Source: a virus (Duplodnaviria; Caudoviricetes). Taken from it: a stretch of DNA of 24,156 nt. The position numbers and the translations under genes are program-made. Each line of letters starts with the position of its first letter. The first letter of the stretch is position 1. The DNA lies in IMG/VR virus record IMGVR_UViG_3300034418_002650, positions 1 through 24,156 of that record; one strand, 5' to 3'. This document shows, in pieces, positions 23,755-24,156 of the stretch. The notes below the pieces were generated by a model. That model saw nothing but the letters and a program-made list of their open reading frames with translations, searched no databases and was not told the DNA's origin.

Positions 23755-24156
23755 AGATTAGTTTTAAAGTGTCATAAATTTGGTGGACTTCTCTTCCACA
23801 TTGTGTGCATGGTCTACCGCTATACTTCTTATTGTAGATACCTGCTTCAATCTCTATCATTTTGTCAATGTCTTGACCTGTTAAGTTTACCTTGCCTTTC
23901 TCAAAGAAGTTAGTAAGTATGTTATATTCGTCTTCTGTGAAACATCTGTAAGGCTTTCTTCGTTTAAGTCTAGTAGCGTTCAATCTTTCCTTACGCTCTT
24001 CGCATCCACAATCATCTGTAAGTGCTTCTACCACTTTCTTAATACCTGTAGCTTTAGTTACCTTCTCTACTATATCCCCTAACCCTACGCTGTTCTTTTC
24101 TTCAAAGGCTTTTTTGTATTCCTTATACTCTTTACTTCTTTTGTCTAGGTTCTCGT
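23741..24156 (-). CDS. Cys-motif hypothetical phage protein, 5' end outside the window
   Basis: Frame open to the window edge: ...GLGDIVEKVTKATGIKKVV...DCGCEERK...PCTQC. Confidence 0.7.
   Translation of the reverse strand, partial: ENLDKRSKEYKEYKKAFEEKNSVGLGDIVEKVTKATGIKKVVEALTDDCGCEERKERLNATRLKRRKPYRCFTEDEYNILTNFFEKGKVNLTGQDIDKMIEIEAGIYNKKYSGRPCTQCGREVHQIYDTLKLIYENY

Noticed and set aside
1937-23761. All other plus-strand ORFs in the track (e.g. 14341..14697, 19347..19670, 21955..22272, 12934..13218)
   Set aside because: They lie antisense to well-supported minus-strand genes and have shadow-like composition.
1-24156. CRISPR array, tRNA, integrase/att site, DGR or stop-codon reassignment
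   Set aside because: No regularly spaced repeats, cloverleafs, recombinase, reverse transcriptase or TR/VR pair were seen. Genes are intact under code 11 with TAA, TAG and TGA all used as stops. Lifestyle (temperate or lytic) cannot be determined from this window.

Overview
A 24 kb fragment of a tailed dsDNA phage (siphovirus-like). All credible genes are on the minus strand. The host is very likely Bacteroidota (probably a flavobacterium): there is a perfect TTTG-N20-TAnnTTTG promoter, and starts have A-rich, SD-less contexts. In transcription order (right to left) the window has small accessory genes, a GIY-YIG nuclease carrying a TerS-like N-terminus, TerS, TerL, a -1 frameshifted tail-assembly-chaperone-like gene, tail completion and tail tip genes, tape measure, prohead protease, scaffold, a putative decoration protein, major capsid, tail tube, portal with a Cys/His C-terminal extension, adaptor, tail fibre and a lysis cassette (holin, GH108 endolysin, u-spanin-like lipoprotein) plus a DEDD exonuclease. 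After a terminator comes a host-promoter-driven operon with a ParB-like protein, a DnaA-domain-IV-like protein and a truncated DPPY DNA methyltransferase. The most interesting features not explained by these calls are: (i) two paralogous coiled-coil genes, each behind the same promoter, sharing a VELKSEK(I/V)EL leader echoed in the protease and scaffold (candidate protease-processed capsid cargo); (ii) two short promoter-hairpin-terminator units whose single-stranded parts are complementary to translation-initiation regions (candidate sRNAs); (iii) a four-copy ACAR-N13-CGTT late promoter; (iv) a ParB gene bracketed by an exact 19-bp direct repeat; and (v) a DnaA-box-like inverted repeat over the early promoter. 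All functional calls come from motif recognition by eye; no database searches were run.
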